A stretch of DNA of 64,000 nt from Planctomycetota bacterium (GTDB lineage: Bacteria; Planctomycetota; PLA2; JAEUHO01). Below are positions 47,443-55,493 of the stretch, one piece after another. A program made the position numbers and the translations under genes. How positions within the stretch are numbered: the first letter of the stretch is position 1; each line of letters begins with the position of its first letter. The notes under the pieces were generated by a model that made no database searches, was not told where the DNA came from, and saw only the letters and a list, made by a program, of their open reading frames with translations. The stretch spans positions 32,001-96,000 of the forward strand of contig CBDCWP010000034.1 of the NCBI GenBank assembly GCA_965223505.1. Direction: 5' to 3'.

Positions 47443-48726
47443 ATGCCTCGTAGCCCCCTCGTCCTCCTGCTGCTCGCGTGCCTGGCCGCGTGCCTCTGCG
47501 CGCCTTCGCCGGTCCACGCCGACGTCGGCGGCGACGTCGTCACCAACCTCAAGAAGGCGTTTCGCAAGGGCACGCCGGTCGAGCAGCGGATCAAGGCGGT
47601 CAACGACGTGGGCGCGCTGCGCGGCCACCTGAACAAGCGCCAGAAGAACGAGGCCTACCGCACGATTCGCAAGCAGTTCAAGAAGGGGGAGGAAAGCGCG
47701 GTCCGGCGCGTGATGGTCAAGGCGTTGGCGCGATTGGGGCTCGAGAACGCGCTCATCGAGGTGATCAAGGCCTCGAAGAAGGACCCCGACGCCGAGGTGC
47801 GCAAGGCCGCGCGCATGGCGATCCTCGCCGGGCGAACGGTGTTCCTCGACACGTTGAAGCTGCTGTACGAGCAGGACGAGAACGCCGCGTTTCGCGCGGA
47901 GCTGATGTTGCTGTTGCGCGACCGGCGCAAGCCGGACGCGGTGCCGTTCCTGCTGTCCGCCTTCGACGACAAGGAGCCGATGGTCGCCGCCGCCGTCGCC
48001 GAGGCGCTGGAGGCGATCAGCGGCGAGGCGCACGGTTACGACGCGGCGGCCTGGAAGGCGTGGCACGCCCGGTGGCTGAAGGAGCGTCCCGCGTCCGTCG
48101 GCAACGGCGGCACGGTGGCGCCGGACGAAGGACCGGTCGAAGAGCCGCCGCCCCACGTGACGCGCTCCCTGCATCCGTCGTTCTACGGACTGAAGATCAC
48201 GTCGAAGAACGTCGTGTTCGTCGTCGACATCTCGGGCTCCGTCGGGTCCGGCGGCGTCGATCGAGCGAAGCGTGAGCTCGTGAAGGCCGTGGAGTTGCTC
48301 GGGTCGGACGTGCACGTCGGCGCCGTGTTCTTCTCCGAGAAGGTCGAGCTTTGGAGCGAGGGCCGGATGGTGCCGGCGTCGCCCGACAACAAGGAGAAGC
48401 TCGGCCTGTACCTGCGCGGGCTCGTCGCCGGACGCAAGACCGACGTCTACTCGGCGTTCAACGCCGGCTTGACCATCGTGCAGAAGCGTGTGGACGAGAA
48501 GAAGGAGAAGGGGGAGACGCTGCGCGAGCCCGTCACGCTCATCGCCGTGAGCGACGGCCAGGACAACATGGCGAAGATCCCGATCGACCGGATCGAGGAG
48601 AAGCTCGACCGTCTCGACCTCGAGAACAGTGTCGTGCACGCGGTGGTGCTCGGCGGCAAGCACAGCCGGCTCATGTACCTGTTTGCGAAGTACGGAGGCG
48701 GCCACCACGTCGTGGTCCCGCAGTAG
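47443..48726 (+). CDS. Secreted HEAT-repeat plus VWA domain protein
   Basis: Signal peptide; HEAT repeats; W.AW..RW linker, FYGL, VFVVDISGS, SDG. Confidence 0.85.
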   Translation: MPRSPLVLLLLACLAACLCAPSPVHADVGGDVVTNLKKAFRKGTPVEQRIKAVNDVGALRGHLNKRQKNEAYRTIRKQFKKGEESAVRRVMVKALARLGLENALIEVIKASKKDPDAEVRKAARMAILAGRTVFLDTLKLLYEQDENAAFRAELMLLLRDRRKPDAVPFLLSAFDDKEPMVAAAVAEALEAISGEAHGYDAAAWKAWHARWLKERPASVGNGGTVAPDEGPVEEPPPHVTRSLHPSFYGLKITSKNVVFVVDISGSVGSGGVDRAKRELVKAVELLGSDVHVGAVFFSEKVELWSEGRMVPASPDNKEKLGLYLRGLVAGRKTDVYSAFNAGLTIVQKRVDEKKEKGETLREPVTLIAVSDGQDNMAKIPIDRIEEKLDRLDLENSVVHAVVLGGKHSRLMYLFAKYGGGHHVVVPQ

Positions 48727-48730
48727 AACG

Positions 48731-49636
48731 CTACTTCTGCTTCAGGGCTTCCCGCAGCTTCGGATGCGTGGACGGACTGTCCGCGAGCTCGTTGATCGAT
48801 TGCGGGCGCCCGACGGCGAGACGCGCGTTGGCGGCGGCGACACGAATGTGCAGCGGCCGCGTCGGATCGAGGATCACCTGATCGAGCACCGTGAGCACGA
48901 CCGGGCCGCCGCGGTCCGGAAACGTCGACAGGAAGTCGATCGCGGCCGGCGCGGCCCAGTTGTCGCTCAGTCCCTCGCCGCGAGCGACGAGGATGAGGTT
49001 CACGATCGAACCCGAGCTGGCGTCGCCCGCGTCGGGCGCGAGCCACGACGCCGCTTCCAGCACCTCGCGCCGGAACAACCCGCTCTTCGCCATCGGCGCG
49101 ATCTGCTCGAAGACGAGCGCGCGCACGGCTTCGCGCTTGTCCTCCGGCGTCGCGTCGACGACCGCGGGAAGGTCACGTAGCGCGGCATAGACTTGTGCGA
49201 TCTCGTTGGGGTTGCGCCCGCGAAGCGCGGCGATGTTGAGCTGAAGCCGACGGGAGATGTCGACCGGCAGTCCCTGGGGGTAGGTGGGCTCCGTTGCGGG
49301 CTCCGGCATGGCGGACGAACCGGTCATGCCGGTGACGGCACCGCCGGCGCCCAGCCCCGCATCGGGCCCGGGTAGGGGGTTGACGGTGCCGGGCTCGGCG
49401 CCGTTCGTCTTCTTGGGCTCGTCGCCCTCGTTCGCCTTGCGGACGGCCTTCTCGGCCGGCCCTTCGCCCAGGAGCGACTGAATGAGCGCGAACATGACGA
49501 CGACGCCCAGCAGGAGCAGGACGAGCCCTTTGCCCTTGGGCGGCGGGGGCGTACTCCGGGAGATCGCTTCGACCCGGTTCGCCAGGTTGCTGCCGCTTCC
49601 CCGCGGTGCGGGGTCGCGATCTTGGAAGGATGACAT
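48731..49636 (-). CDS. Membrane-anchored hypothetical helical protein
   Basis: One TM helix, Pro/Gly linker, helical C-terminal domain; GAGGAAG before ATG. Confidence 0.7.
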   Translation of the reverse strand: MSSFQDRDPAPRGSGSNLANRVEAISRSTPPPPKGKGLVLLLLGVVVMFALIQSLLGEGPAEKAVRKANEGDEPKKTNGAEPGTVNPLPGPDAGLGAGGAVTGMTGSSAMPEPATEPTYPQGLPVDISRRLQLNIAALRGRNPNEIAQVYAALRDLPAVVDATPEDKREAVRALVFEQIAPMAKSGLFRREVLEAASWLAPDAGDASSGSIVNLILVARGEGLSDNWAAPAAIDFLSTFPDRGGPVVLTVLDQVILDPTRPLHIRVAAANARLAVGRPQSINELADSPSTHPKLREALKQK

Positions 49637-49689
49637 CGTTGCTTCCTCTCCGGGTCGGAGGGGCGATTCAATCGTACAGTACGACGGCG

Positions 49690-50835
49690 ATGGAATTCCA
49701 AATCGAGACCGCCGGAGAGAGCCACGGCGCCGTGTTGACGGCGATTTGCCATGGAATTCCGGCCGGATCACCCGTGGACGAGGCCTTCGTGAACGCCCGG
49801 CTGGCGGCGCGCCAGAAGGGTCACGGCAGCAGCCGGCGCCAGGAGATCGAGCAGGATCGGGTCGTGTTCCACTCGGGTGTGCGTGACGGCAAGGCGACGG
49901 GCAACCCGATCGCTCTGCAGGTCGCCAACAAGGACGAGACCTACAAGGACCTGCCCGCGGCCAACGAGCCGCGTCCCGGCCACGCCGATCTGGCGGGCGC
50001 GCTCAACCGGGGCGTCGACGACGCGCGGGACGTGATCGAGCGGGCGTCGGCGCGGGAGACCGCGGTGCGCGTGGCGGCGGGGGCCGTGGCGGCGCAGATG
50101 CTCGACGCGCTCGGCATTCGGGTGTTCGGCCACACGGCGTCGATCGGCGGCGTCGATTGCTGGGGCGATCCGGGCGCCGATCTCGAGGACGCGCGCGCAC
50201 GCCGCGCGGCGTCGCCGCATCACGCCTTGGGTCCCGACGAGGCGCAAGCGGCCGTGACGACGGCGATCGACGAAGCACGCGAAGCCGGGGACACGTTGGG
50301 CGGGGTGGTGGAGGTCGTCGCGGTGGGGGTGCCGGCGGGATTGGGCGGACACGAGCGTCCGGAGACGAAGCTGAGCACGGGTCTGGCGGCGGCCGTGATG
50401 GGCATTCAGGCCGTGAAGGGTGTGGAGATCGGGCTCGGGTTCCGCGGCGCGTCGATGCGCGGGTCGGAGGTTCACGATGCCATCCTGCCGTCGGCGGACG
50501 GGCCGGTGCGCGACGGGAACAACGCAGGCGGGATCGAAGGCGGCATGAGCAACGGGCAGCCGATCATGGTGCGCGCCGCGATGAAGCCGTTGGCGACGTT
50601 GCGCAACCGACTGCCGAGCGTGGATCTGCGCACCGGCGAGGCTGCGCCGGCGCGCTTCGAGCGCAGCGACACGACGGCGGTGTCGCGGCTGGCGATCGTG
50701 GCGGAGGCGGCGGTGGCGGCGGAGCTGACACGCCACGTGCGGCGCCGGTTCGGTGGGGCGCACATCGACGAGGTGGTGGCGGCGATGCAGCGTCATCGCG
50801 AGCGCATGGCGGCGCTGTTTGCCGACGCGGAGTGA
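49690..50835 (+). CDS. aroC: Chorismate synthase
   Basis: TAGESHG, PRPGHADL, ERASARETA, NNAGGIEGGMSNG, AMKP, ERSD. Confidence 0.96.
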   Translation: MEFQIETAGESHGAVLTAICHGIPAGSPVDEAFVNARLAARQKGHGSSRRQEIEQDRVVFHSGVRDGKATGNPIALQVANKDETYKDLPAANEPRPGHADLAGALNRGVDDARDVIERASARETAVRVAAGAVAAQMLDALGIRVFGHTASIGGVDCWGDPGADLEDARARRAASPHHALGPDEAQAAVTTAIDEAREAGDTLGGVVEVVAVGVPAGLGGHERPETKLSTGLAAAVMGIQAVKGVEIGLGFRGASMRGSEVHDAILPSADGPVRDGNNAGGIEGGMSNGQPIMVRAAMKPLATLRNRLPSVDLRTGEAAPARFERSDTTAVSRLAIVAEAAVAAELTRHVRRRFGGAHIDEVVAAMQRHRERMAALFADAE

Positions 50836-50866
50836 TGCTGTTGGTATCTTGCGCGCCGCGACGGAT

Positions 50867-50941
50867 GCCGGTGTAGCTCAGTGGTAGAGCGGCACTTTTG
50901 TAAAGTGCGGGTCGTCAGTTCGATCCTGACCACCGGCTCCA
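50867..50941 (+). tRNA. tRNA-Thr(TGT)
   Basis: GCCGGTG/CACCGGC acceptor, GCACT-TTTGTAA-AGTGC anticodon arm, TTCGATC, CCA; extended -10 TGGTATCTT upstream. Confidence 0.97.
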
Positions 50942-50950
50942 TTTCCCGCG

Positions 50951-51226
50951 TCAGCGTCGGCTGAACAGCGCGATCGGCACGCCGAGCACGAGGACCCACG
51001 TGCCGGGGTCCAGGACGGCGGGCGCGAAGACCCAGAGACCGAGCGGTTCGGGTCCCACGAACCACGCGGCCAGTGCGAAGACGATCGACCAGAGTGGCAC
51101 GCACGAGTAGCCGCCGCCCTCGTCCTTCGGTCTGCGGAACGCCTGGACGACGCCCAGGATGTTCATGAGCGCGCCGTACGACGCGACGGCGACCAGAAGG
51201 ATGCAGATCACGCTGCTCATGTTCAT
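50951..51226 (-). CDS. Small three-TM membrane protein
   Basis: Hydrophobic 91-aa ORF with GC3-rich codons. Confidence 0.55.
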   Translation of the reverse strand: MNMSSVICILLVAVASYGALMNILGVVQAFRRPKDEGGGYSCVPLWSIVFALAAWFVGPEPLGLWVFAPAVLDPGTWVLVLGVPIALFSRR

Positions 51227-51240
51227 GGGACGACGCCTCG

Positions 51241-51468
51241 CTAGTCGATCGTGTCGCCCTTGCGGTCGCACTTCGTGCCGCACTCGGTGCACGTCCAGCC
51301 ACCGCGCAGCATCTGCGACCAGCTGTCGGGCTTGCGCAGCTTGGGGAGCTTGTGGGAGCACTGCGGACAGACGCGGCTGGGTGCGAGCATGGCGAGGACG
51401 ACGACGCTGAGACCGCCGGCGAGGGCGCCCCAGAGCATCGCCTCTCCGAACCCACCGACGACGAGCAT
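51241..51468 (-). CDS. Small membrane-anchored Zn-ribbon protein
   Basis: AAGGAG RBS, TM helix, CPQC...GGWTCTECG..CDRKG. Confidence 0.7.
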   Translation of the reverse strand: MLVVGGFGEAMLWGALAGGLSVVVLAMLAPSRVCPQCSHKLPKLRKPDSWSQMLRGGWTCTECGTKCDRKGDTID

Positions 51469-51614
51469 GTGCGTCTCCTTGCGTGTCGTACAAAGCGTAC
51501 GTCGGGTGTCCGGGACTTGGCAGCCCCTGCTATGCCGATGAACCTTGACATCCGCTCCGAGTGGGGGTTTCTAGGCCCCTCGCGCCGCCGGGCGCGCCGA
51601 TCTCTGACACGCGT

Positions 51615-51700
51615 GGTGGGATACTCAAGTGGTCAACGAGGGCAGACTGTAAATCTGCTGGCTTACGCCTACGGGGGTTCGAGTCCCTCTCCCACCACCA
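51615..51700 (+). tRNA. tRNA-Tyr(GTA)
   Basis: GGTGGGA/TCCCACC acceptor, GCAGA-CTGTAAA-TCTGC, long variable arm, TTCGAGT, CCA. Confidence 0.97.
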
Positions 51701-51719
51701 TTCTTCTCCAGGCCCGGTC

Positions 51720-51756
51720 GTCATACCGTACCGGGTTTTTTTCGACGGCTTCGCAG
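51720..51756. repeat. GTACCGGG element, copy 3 (left copy of a 37-bp direct repeat)
   Basis: gtcataccgtaccgggtttttttcgacggcttcgcag, 36/37 identical to 53037-53073. Confidence 0.88.
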
Positions 51757-51816
51757 AACCCCGGCGATTGATGCGCTTCCCCCCGTGAGGAGACCGGTGG
51801 ATTGACCTGGGCGACT

Positions 51817-52116
51817 TCAGGGCCTCGCGTCATCTCTGTGCGTTGCCTCCCGCCGGTGCTTGCGCATGGCGCCTAGGCACTCCCGCACTTCCTTGATCTC
51901 CGCAATGAACAGCGACACCCAGATGCCTGCGGCGAGTAGCAGGAGCAAGATCATGTCGAGGTCCAGGTCCTGGAGGTGCCCAGGAAGAGTCAGGATGGCC
52001 CCAACCAGCCCCGCGAGAAGAACGATGCCGCCAAAGAAAACGTGCCCGATCAGGTGAAGCAGCGGTCGAGCCGGAGGGCACTTGCTCCAGTACGGGTTGA
52101 AGGGACGCAAGTCCAT
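51817..52116 (-). CDS. Small two-TM hypothetical protein
   Basis: Two hydrophobic helices. Confidence 0.55.
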   Translation of the reverse strand: MDLRPFNPYWSKCPPARPLLHLIGHVFFGGIVLLAGLVGAILTLPGHLQDLDLDMILLLLLAAGIWVSLFIAEIKEVRECLGAMRKHRREATHRDDARP

Positions 52117-52202
52117 TGGGAGAGTCTACCTTGAGTGACAGCGCGCCGTGCGGGAGCCGGGCTCTAGTGACCACAGCGCGCCATCTGAGTAACCTCGCGT
52201 AC

Positions 52203-52988
52203 ATGTGCGGAGACTCCGTCAAGCCTGATCGCGGACCGGTCCCGGCGACGATTTCGTTTTCGCTGACGCAACAGGCTGCCGCCGACCTGGCCACGACTGT
52301 CGATCTTCTGTCAGGCATCTGGTCCACACTCCAGACAAGCGGCCTCGTCCTCGCGCGTCCGGCTGAGTTCTGGCGACCAAGGGGTACGAACGATCAGTTG
52401 CTCCTGCACGTACTGTTTTGCAGCAGCTCCATGGCCGGCTCCTGGCTGCAGAACCCGGATGTCACCGCAGCTCATGGCGAGTCCATGAGCGCGTTGCTGG
52501 TTCGCCCGCCTGAGACCCGTTGTTACGCCGACTTGTTTCGAGGTGAACACCTCATCTGCACCTGCACCGCGTCGAACGGGTACATCGTCGAAGGAGGCGA
52601 TCCCGATTCGCTTTCGCCGGTGATCTGCCTGCAGTGCGATGGTCGCTTGCTAGATACCTCCCCCGAGTCGGGCGCCACGGTTGATGAATGGGCTAGCGCC
52701 TACACGCGTGTTCAGAGGATCTGGTTCGAGGGAGTGGTACTCGATTCTTGGAGCGCAGAACAGCTCTCGAACCCCAAAGGGGAGCTGATCCAGTTGGGCC
52801 TTGCGGCCTGCGCAGGCCTAGAAGCGAGACTGACTGCTCCCGTGTACCTGCGGATCCGGCAGTGGTGCTCAGAGACAGGTGACCTGCTGGCGACCGTTCA
52901 GTGCCCGCTCTGCGGTTCGTCTGGCGAGCAACTAGCTGATCGGCGGGCACTCCTGGTGTGTCGCGAGTGCCGCTTGGCGTTCGAGTAG
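52203..52988 (+). CDS. DUF2310-like Zn-ribbon protein
   Basis: CTC...SPVICLQC...W...Y...EQLSNP.G.L...G....A.LE....PVYL...CPLCG...CRECRL; start uncertain (ORF open from 52116). Confidence 0.65.
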   Translation: MCGDSVKPDRGPVPATISFSLTQQAAADLATTVDLLSGIWSTLQTSGLVLARPAEFWRPRGTNDQLLLHVLFCSSSMAGSWLQNPDVTAAHGESMSALLVRPPETRCYADLFRGEHLICTCTASNGYIVEGGDPDSLSPVICLQCDGRLLDTSPESGATVDEWASAYTRVQRIWFEGVVLDSWSAEQLSNPKGELIQLGLAACAGLEARLTAPVYLRIRQWCSETGDLLATVQCPLCGSSGEQLADRRALLVCRECRLAFE

Positions 52989-53036
52989 CCTACAACAGGA
53001 AACGTGACTGCTAGACCGTACCTCGTTTCTTTCGAG

Positions 53037-53112
53037 GTCATACCGTACCGGGTTTTTTCCGACGGCTTCGCAGGCGACTGAGAGGCCCGAAAAGAAACCC
53101 GGTACCGCATGA
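53037..53112. repeat. GTACCGGG palindromic element, copy 4 (complete, both arms)
   Basis: gtcataccgtaccgggttttttccg...cgaaaagaaacccggtaccgcatga; extra degenerate arm accgtacctcgtttctttcga at 53015-53035. Confidence 0.88.
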
Positions 53113-53115
53113 GCG

Positions 53116-53643
53116 TCATCGATCGTCGGGCGGACGCAGATCCTCGAAGAGATCCTCGGGCAGCAGCTCCAGCTGCGGAACGACGTCGGATTGCAGGGGG
53201 TCCGATCCGCGGAAGAACCGCGTTCCCGTCGGCGTTCGAACCTCGACCACGCCCTGCTCCGCGTCCACCAACCAGACCTCTTCGACGCCTGCGTCCAACA
53301 GGATCGGGGTCTTGACGGCACGGTCCCTTCGACGCGTCCCCGGCGAAAGGACCTCGATCGCGACGCACGGAATGCCGACGTTCGTCGCCGTCAAGGCCGG
53401 CGGCTTGCGCAGCACCACGATGTCCGGCTGGAACACGTTGTAGTCGTCGATCTCGACATCCGTCGGTGACAGCACGACCAGCCGCGAGTTCACCACCCCG
53501 CACAAGGACAGATAGAGCCGTCCGACCAGACCCTGATGGCCGTACGTCGGCGGCGGCTCCTTCACCAGGTGACCGTCGATGAGCTGTGCCGGGAACCCCT
53601 CGGGCAAGCGCGCCCAGTCCTTGCGTGTGAAACCGATCGTCAT
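53116..53643 (-). CDS. Uma2 family (PD-(D/E)xK-like) endonuclease
   Basis: QLIDG.L..EPPP..GHQ, QPDI, IEVLSPGTRRRDR..K, GV.EVWLVD. Confidence 0.9.
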   Translation of the reverse strand: MTIGFTRKDWARLPEGFPAQLIDGHLVKEPPPTYGHQGLVGRLYLSLCGVVNSRLVVLSPTDVEIDDYNVFQPDIVVLRKPPALTATNVGIPCVAIEVLSPGTRRRDRAVKTPILLDAGVEEVWLVDAEQGVVEVRTPTGTRFFRGSDPLQSDVVPQLELLPEDLFEDLRPPDDR

Positions 53644-53698
53644 TGCGTGCACGCGATGATATCGCCTCGCATCGCCGCAGGGTTACACGCGTACTCGC

Positions 53699-53800
53699 CA
53701 CGTGCCGGACATCTCCACGGCTTCGTAGCCGCGGGTGGGGGCGACGGAACGCCGCCGGATGGCGTGGTGAAGCCGAAAGAAAAAACCCGGTACCGTATGA
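53699..53800. repeat. GTACCGGG palindromic element, copy 5
   Basis: Right arm gccgaaagaaaaaacccggtaccgtatga (to 53800); degenerate left arm containing acggcttcgtag at 53717-53728. Confidence 0.72.
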
Positions 53801-53952
53801 GTGGGGAACCTGCGGCGCGTCTCGTGCGTCCTCCCTCACCTGGAGCCGATGACGTGCGCCGCGATTCCAACCTCTTCCCGTTGCCTCGCTGACCTCCCAC
53901 CCGGAGCTCGCGCAACCCCTGCAGCCACGAACACCCGAGGAAGAGGTGTGCC

Positions 53953-54270
53953 ATGACCCAGAAGGACAAGAACCGATTCGAACAGACCCGGCCCGACGCG
54001 CCGGACACGCCCCACCTGTGCGCGGGCTGCCGCCACGGCCTCGTGATGCTGCACAAGTTCCAGACCTGCGACGAGGAGTCCACCTGCTGGAAGACCGACA
54101 AGTTCCGCTGGCAGTGGACCGCCCGCTGCAACAACCCCCGCATCGCCGGCGCCGAACCCGAGTTCTTCTGGGCGCCGATCGTCGACTGCGAGGGCTACGA
54201 GGCCCGCAAGTCCCCGTCCGGCAAGAAGAACCGCAAGAAGCACAAGAAGAAGAAGAGCAAGTCGAAGTAG
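53953..54270 (+). CDS. Small Cys-containing hypothetical protein with Lys-rich tail
   Basis: GAGG RBS; CAGCRH...C...CEGY; strong GC3 bias. Confidence 0.65.
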   Translation: MTQKDKNRFEQTRPDAPDTPHLCAGCRHGLVMLHKFQTCDEESTCWKTDKFRWQWTARCNNPRIAGAEPEFFWAPIVDCEGYEARKSPSGKKNRKKHKKKKSKSK

Positions 54271-54397
54271 TGGCGTGATCGCCGACGTTGGTCCCGAAAG
54301 CGACTGAAACAACCTCCGGCATGCGATCGAGCGGTCGAGTGGCGCGCCTCTGGACGGTCGCGTAGACTCCCCGCCTTGTGACCACGGGAGGCAGCAG

Positions 54398-55441
54398 ATG
54401 AGCGCAGGCCCCAACCCGTTCGAGTGGCTCGGCGCGCCGGACGAGATCGGTGAGACGATCGAGCTCGCGAAGCGTGACGTGATCATTCGCCAGGGCGAGC
54501 ACTCGGACTGCCTGTACCTGGTCCCGGCCCCCGCCCTGACCGTCTGGCTGGACTCCAAGTCCGGTCGCGCGCGGCTCGGCGACAAGGGGGTCGGCGATTG
54601 GGTCGGCGAGCTCGGGCTCGGCCTTCCGGGGCCTGCGACCGCGACAGTGGAGGCAGCTTGCGACACCCGAGTTGTGGCGCTATCGCGAGAGACGTACCTG
54701 GATCGGCTCGAGCGCAACGACCCAATGATCGGAAGGCTGCTGACGGGCATCTGCTGCGATCTCGCTCGCCGCATTCGGAGCACGAGCGAGGCGAGGATCG
54801 AGCGCGATGCCGCGAGCATCGAGCTGGTGGCGAGCCTGAAGGCGATGCAGGGCGTCGAGCGGCGTCAGGTGCCCGTGGACTGGATCCCCGCGTCGGCGAA
54901 GGGCAATACGATTCGCGACACCCCCGCGAGCATTCTCGACGACCTCGAGAGTGCGGGTGTCTTCGCGACGGAAGGCGGGCAGGCGGCGCGCATTGCCGGC
55001 GCCCTGCGAGCGGACCTGGAACAGCTGGCGCCGACGTTGGGACTTCAAGAACATTCGGCCGGCGACGTCATCGTCGCTGAAGGCGCGCCGGCGGACGGAT
55101 TGTTCCTGTTGTTGCGGGGGACCGTGCGTGTCCAGGCGGGCGCTCCGAGTGCGTGGTTCCACGTCGATCGCGAGCTGGGGCCCGGATCGACGTTCGGCCA
55201 GATCGCGTTCTTCGACGACGGCACTCGCAGCGCCACGTGCACCGCGAGCAGCGATGTCCGTCTGGCGGTCATCTATCCGGCGGCGGTCAAGATGCTGCTC
55301 GACACGGGAGAACAGGGCAGTCCGATGGGGCTGCACTTCCTGGACTGGTGCGCGCGGCAGCTGATCACCGACGCACGTGAGCTGACGACGCAGCTGGGGC
55401 GGCGGCTCATCGAGGCGCCGCCGGACGGCTTCCTCGAGTAG
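54398..55441 (+). CDS. Tandem cyclic-nucleotide-binding domain protein
   Basis: IIRQGE.SDCLYL...GELG...ATATVEA and IVAEG..ADGLFLLL.G.V...FGQIAF.D...RSATC.A. Confidence 0.85.
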   Translation: MSAGPNPFEWLGAPDEIGETIELAKRDVIIRQGEHSDCLYLVPAPALTVWLDSKSGRARLGDKGVGDWVGELGLGLPGPATATVEAACDTRVVALSRETYLDRLERNDPMIGRLLTGICCDLARRIRSTSEARIERDAASIELVASLKAMQGVERRQVPVDWIPASAKGNTIRDTPASILDDLESAGVFATEGGQAARIAGALRADLEQLAPTLGLQEHSAGDVIVAEGAPADGLFLLLRGTVRVQAGAPSAWFHVDRELGPGSTFGQIAFFDDGTRSATCTASSDVRLAVIYPAAVKMLLDTGEQGSPMGLHFLDWCARQLITDARELTTQLGRRLIEAPPDGFLE

Positions 55442-55493
55442 ATTCGGAGTTCGATCTGTCTTCCCAGGCGGCATTGCCCGTATCTTTAGGCCC

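Noticed and set aside
53116..53643. Uma2 gene as the mobiliser of the palindromic element
   Set aside because: Uma2 genes are common stand-alone paralogues with no established recombinase role; adjacency alone is insufficient
10689..53800. Classical integron attC sites
   Set aside because: No RYYYAAC...GTTRRRY cores, flanking genes are in mixed orientation and there is no intI in the window; kept as an unclassified element
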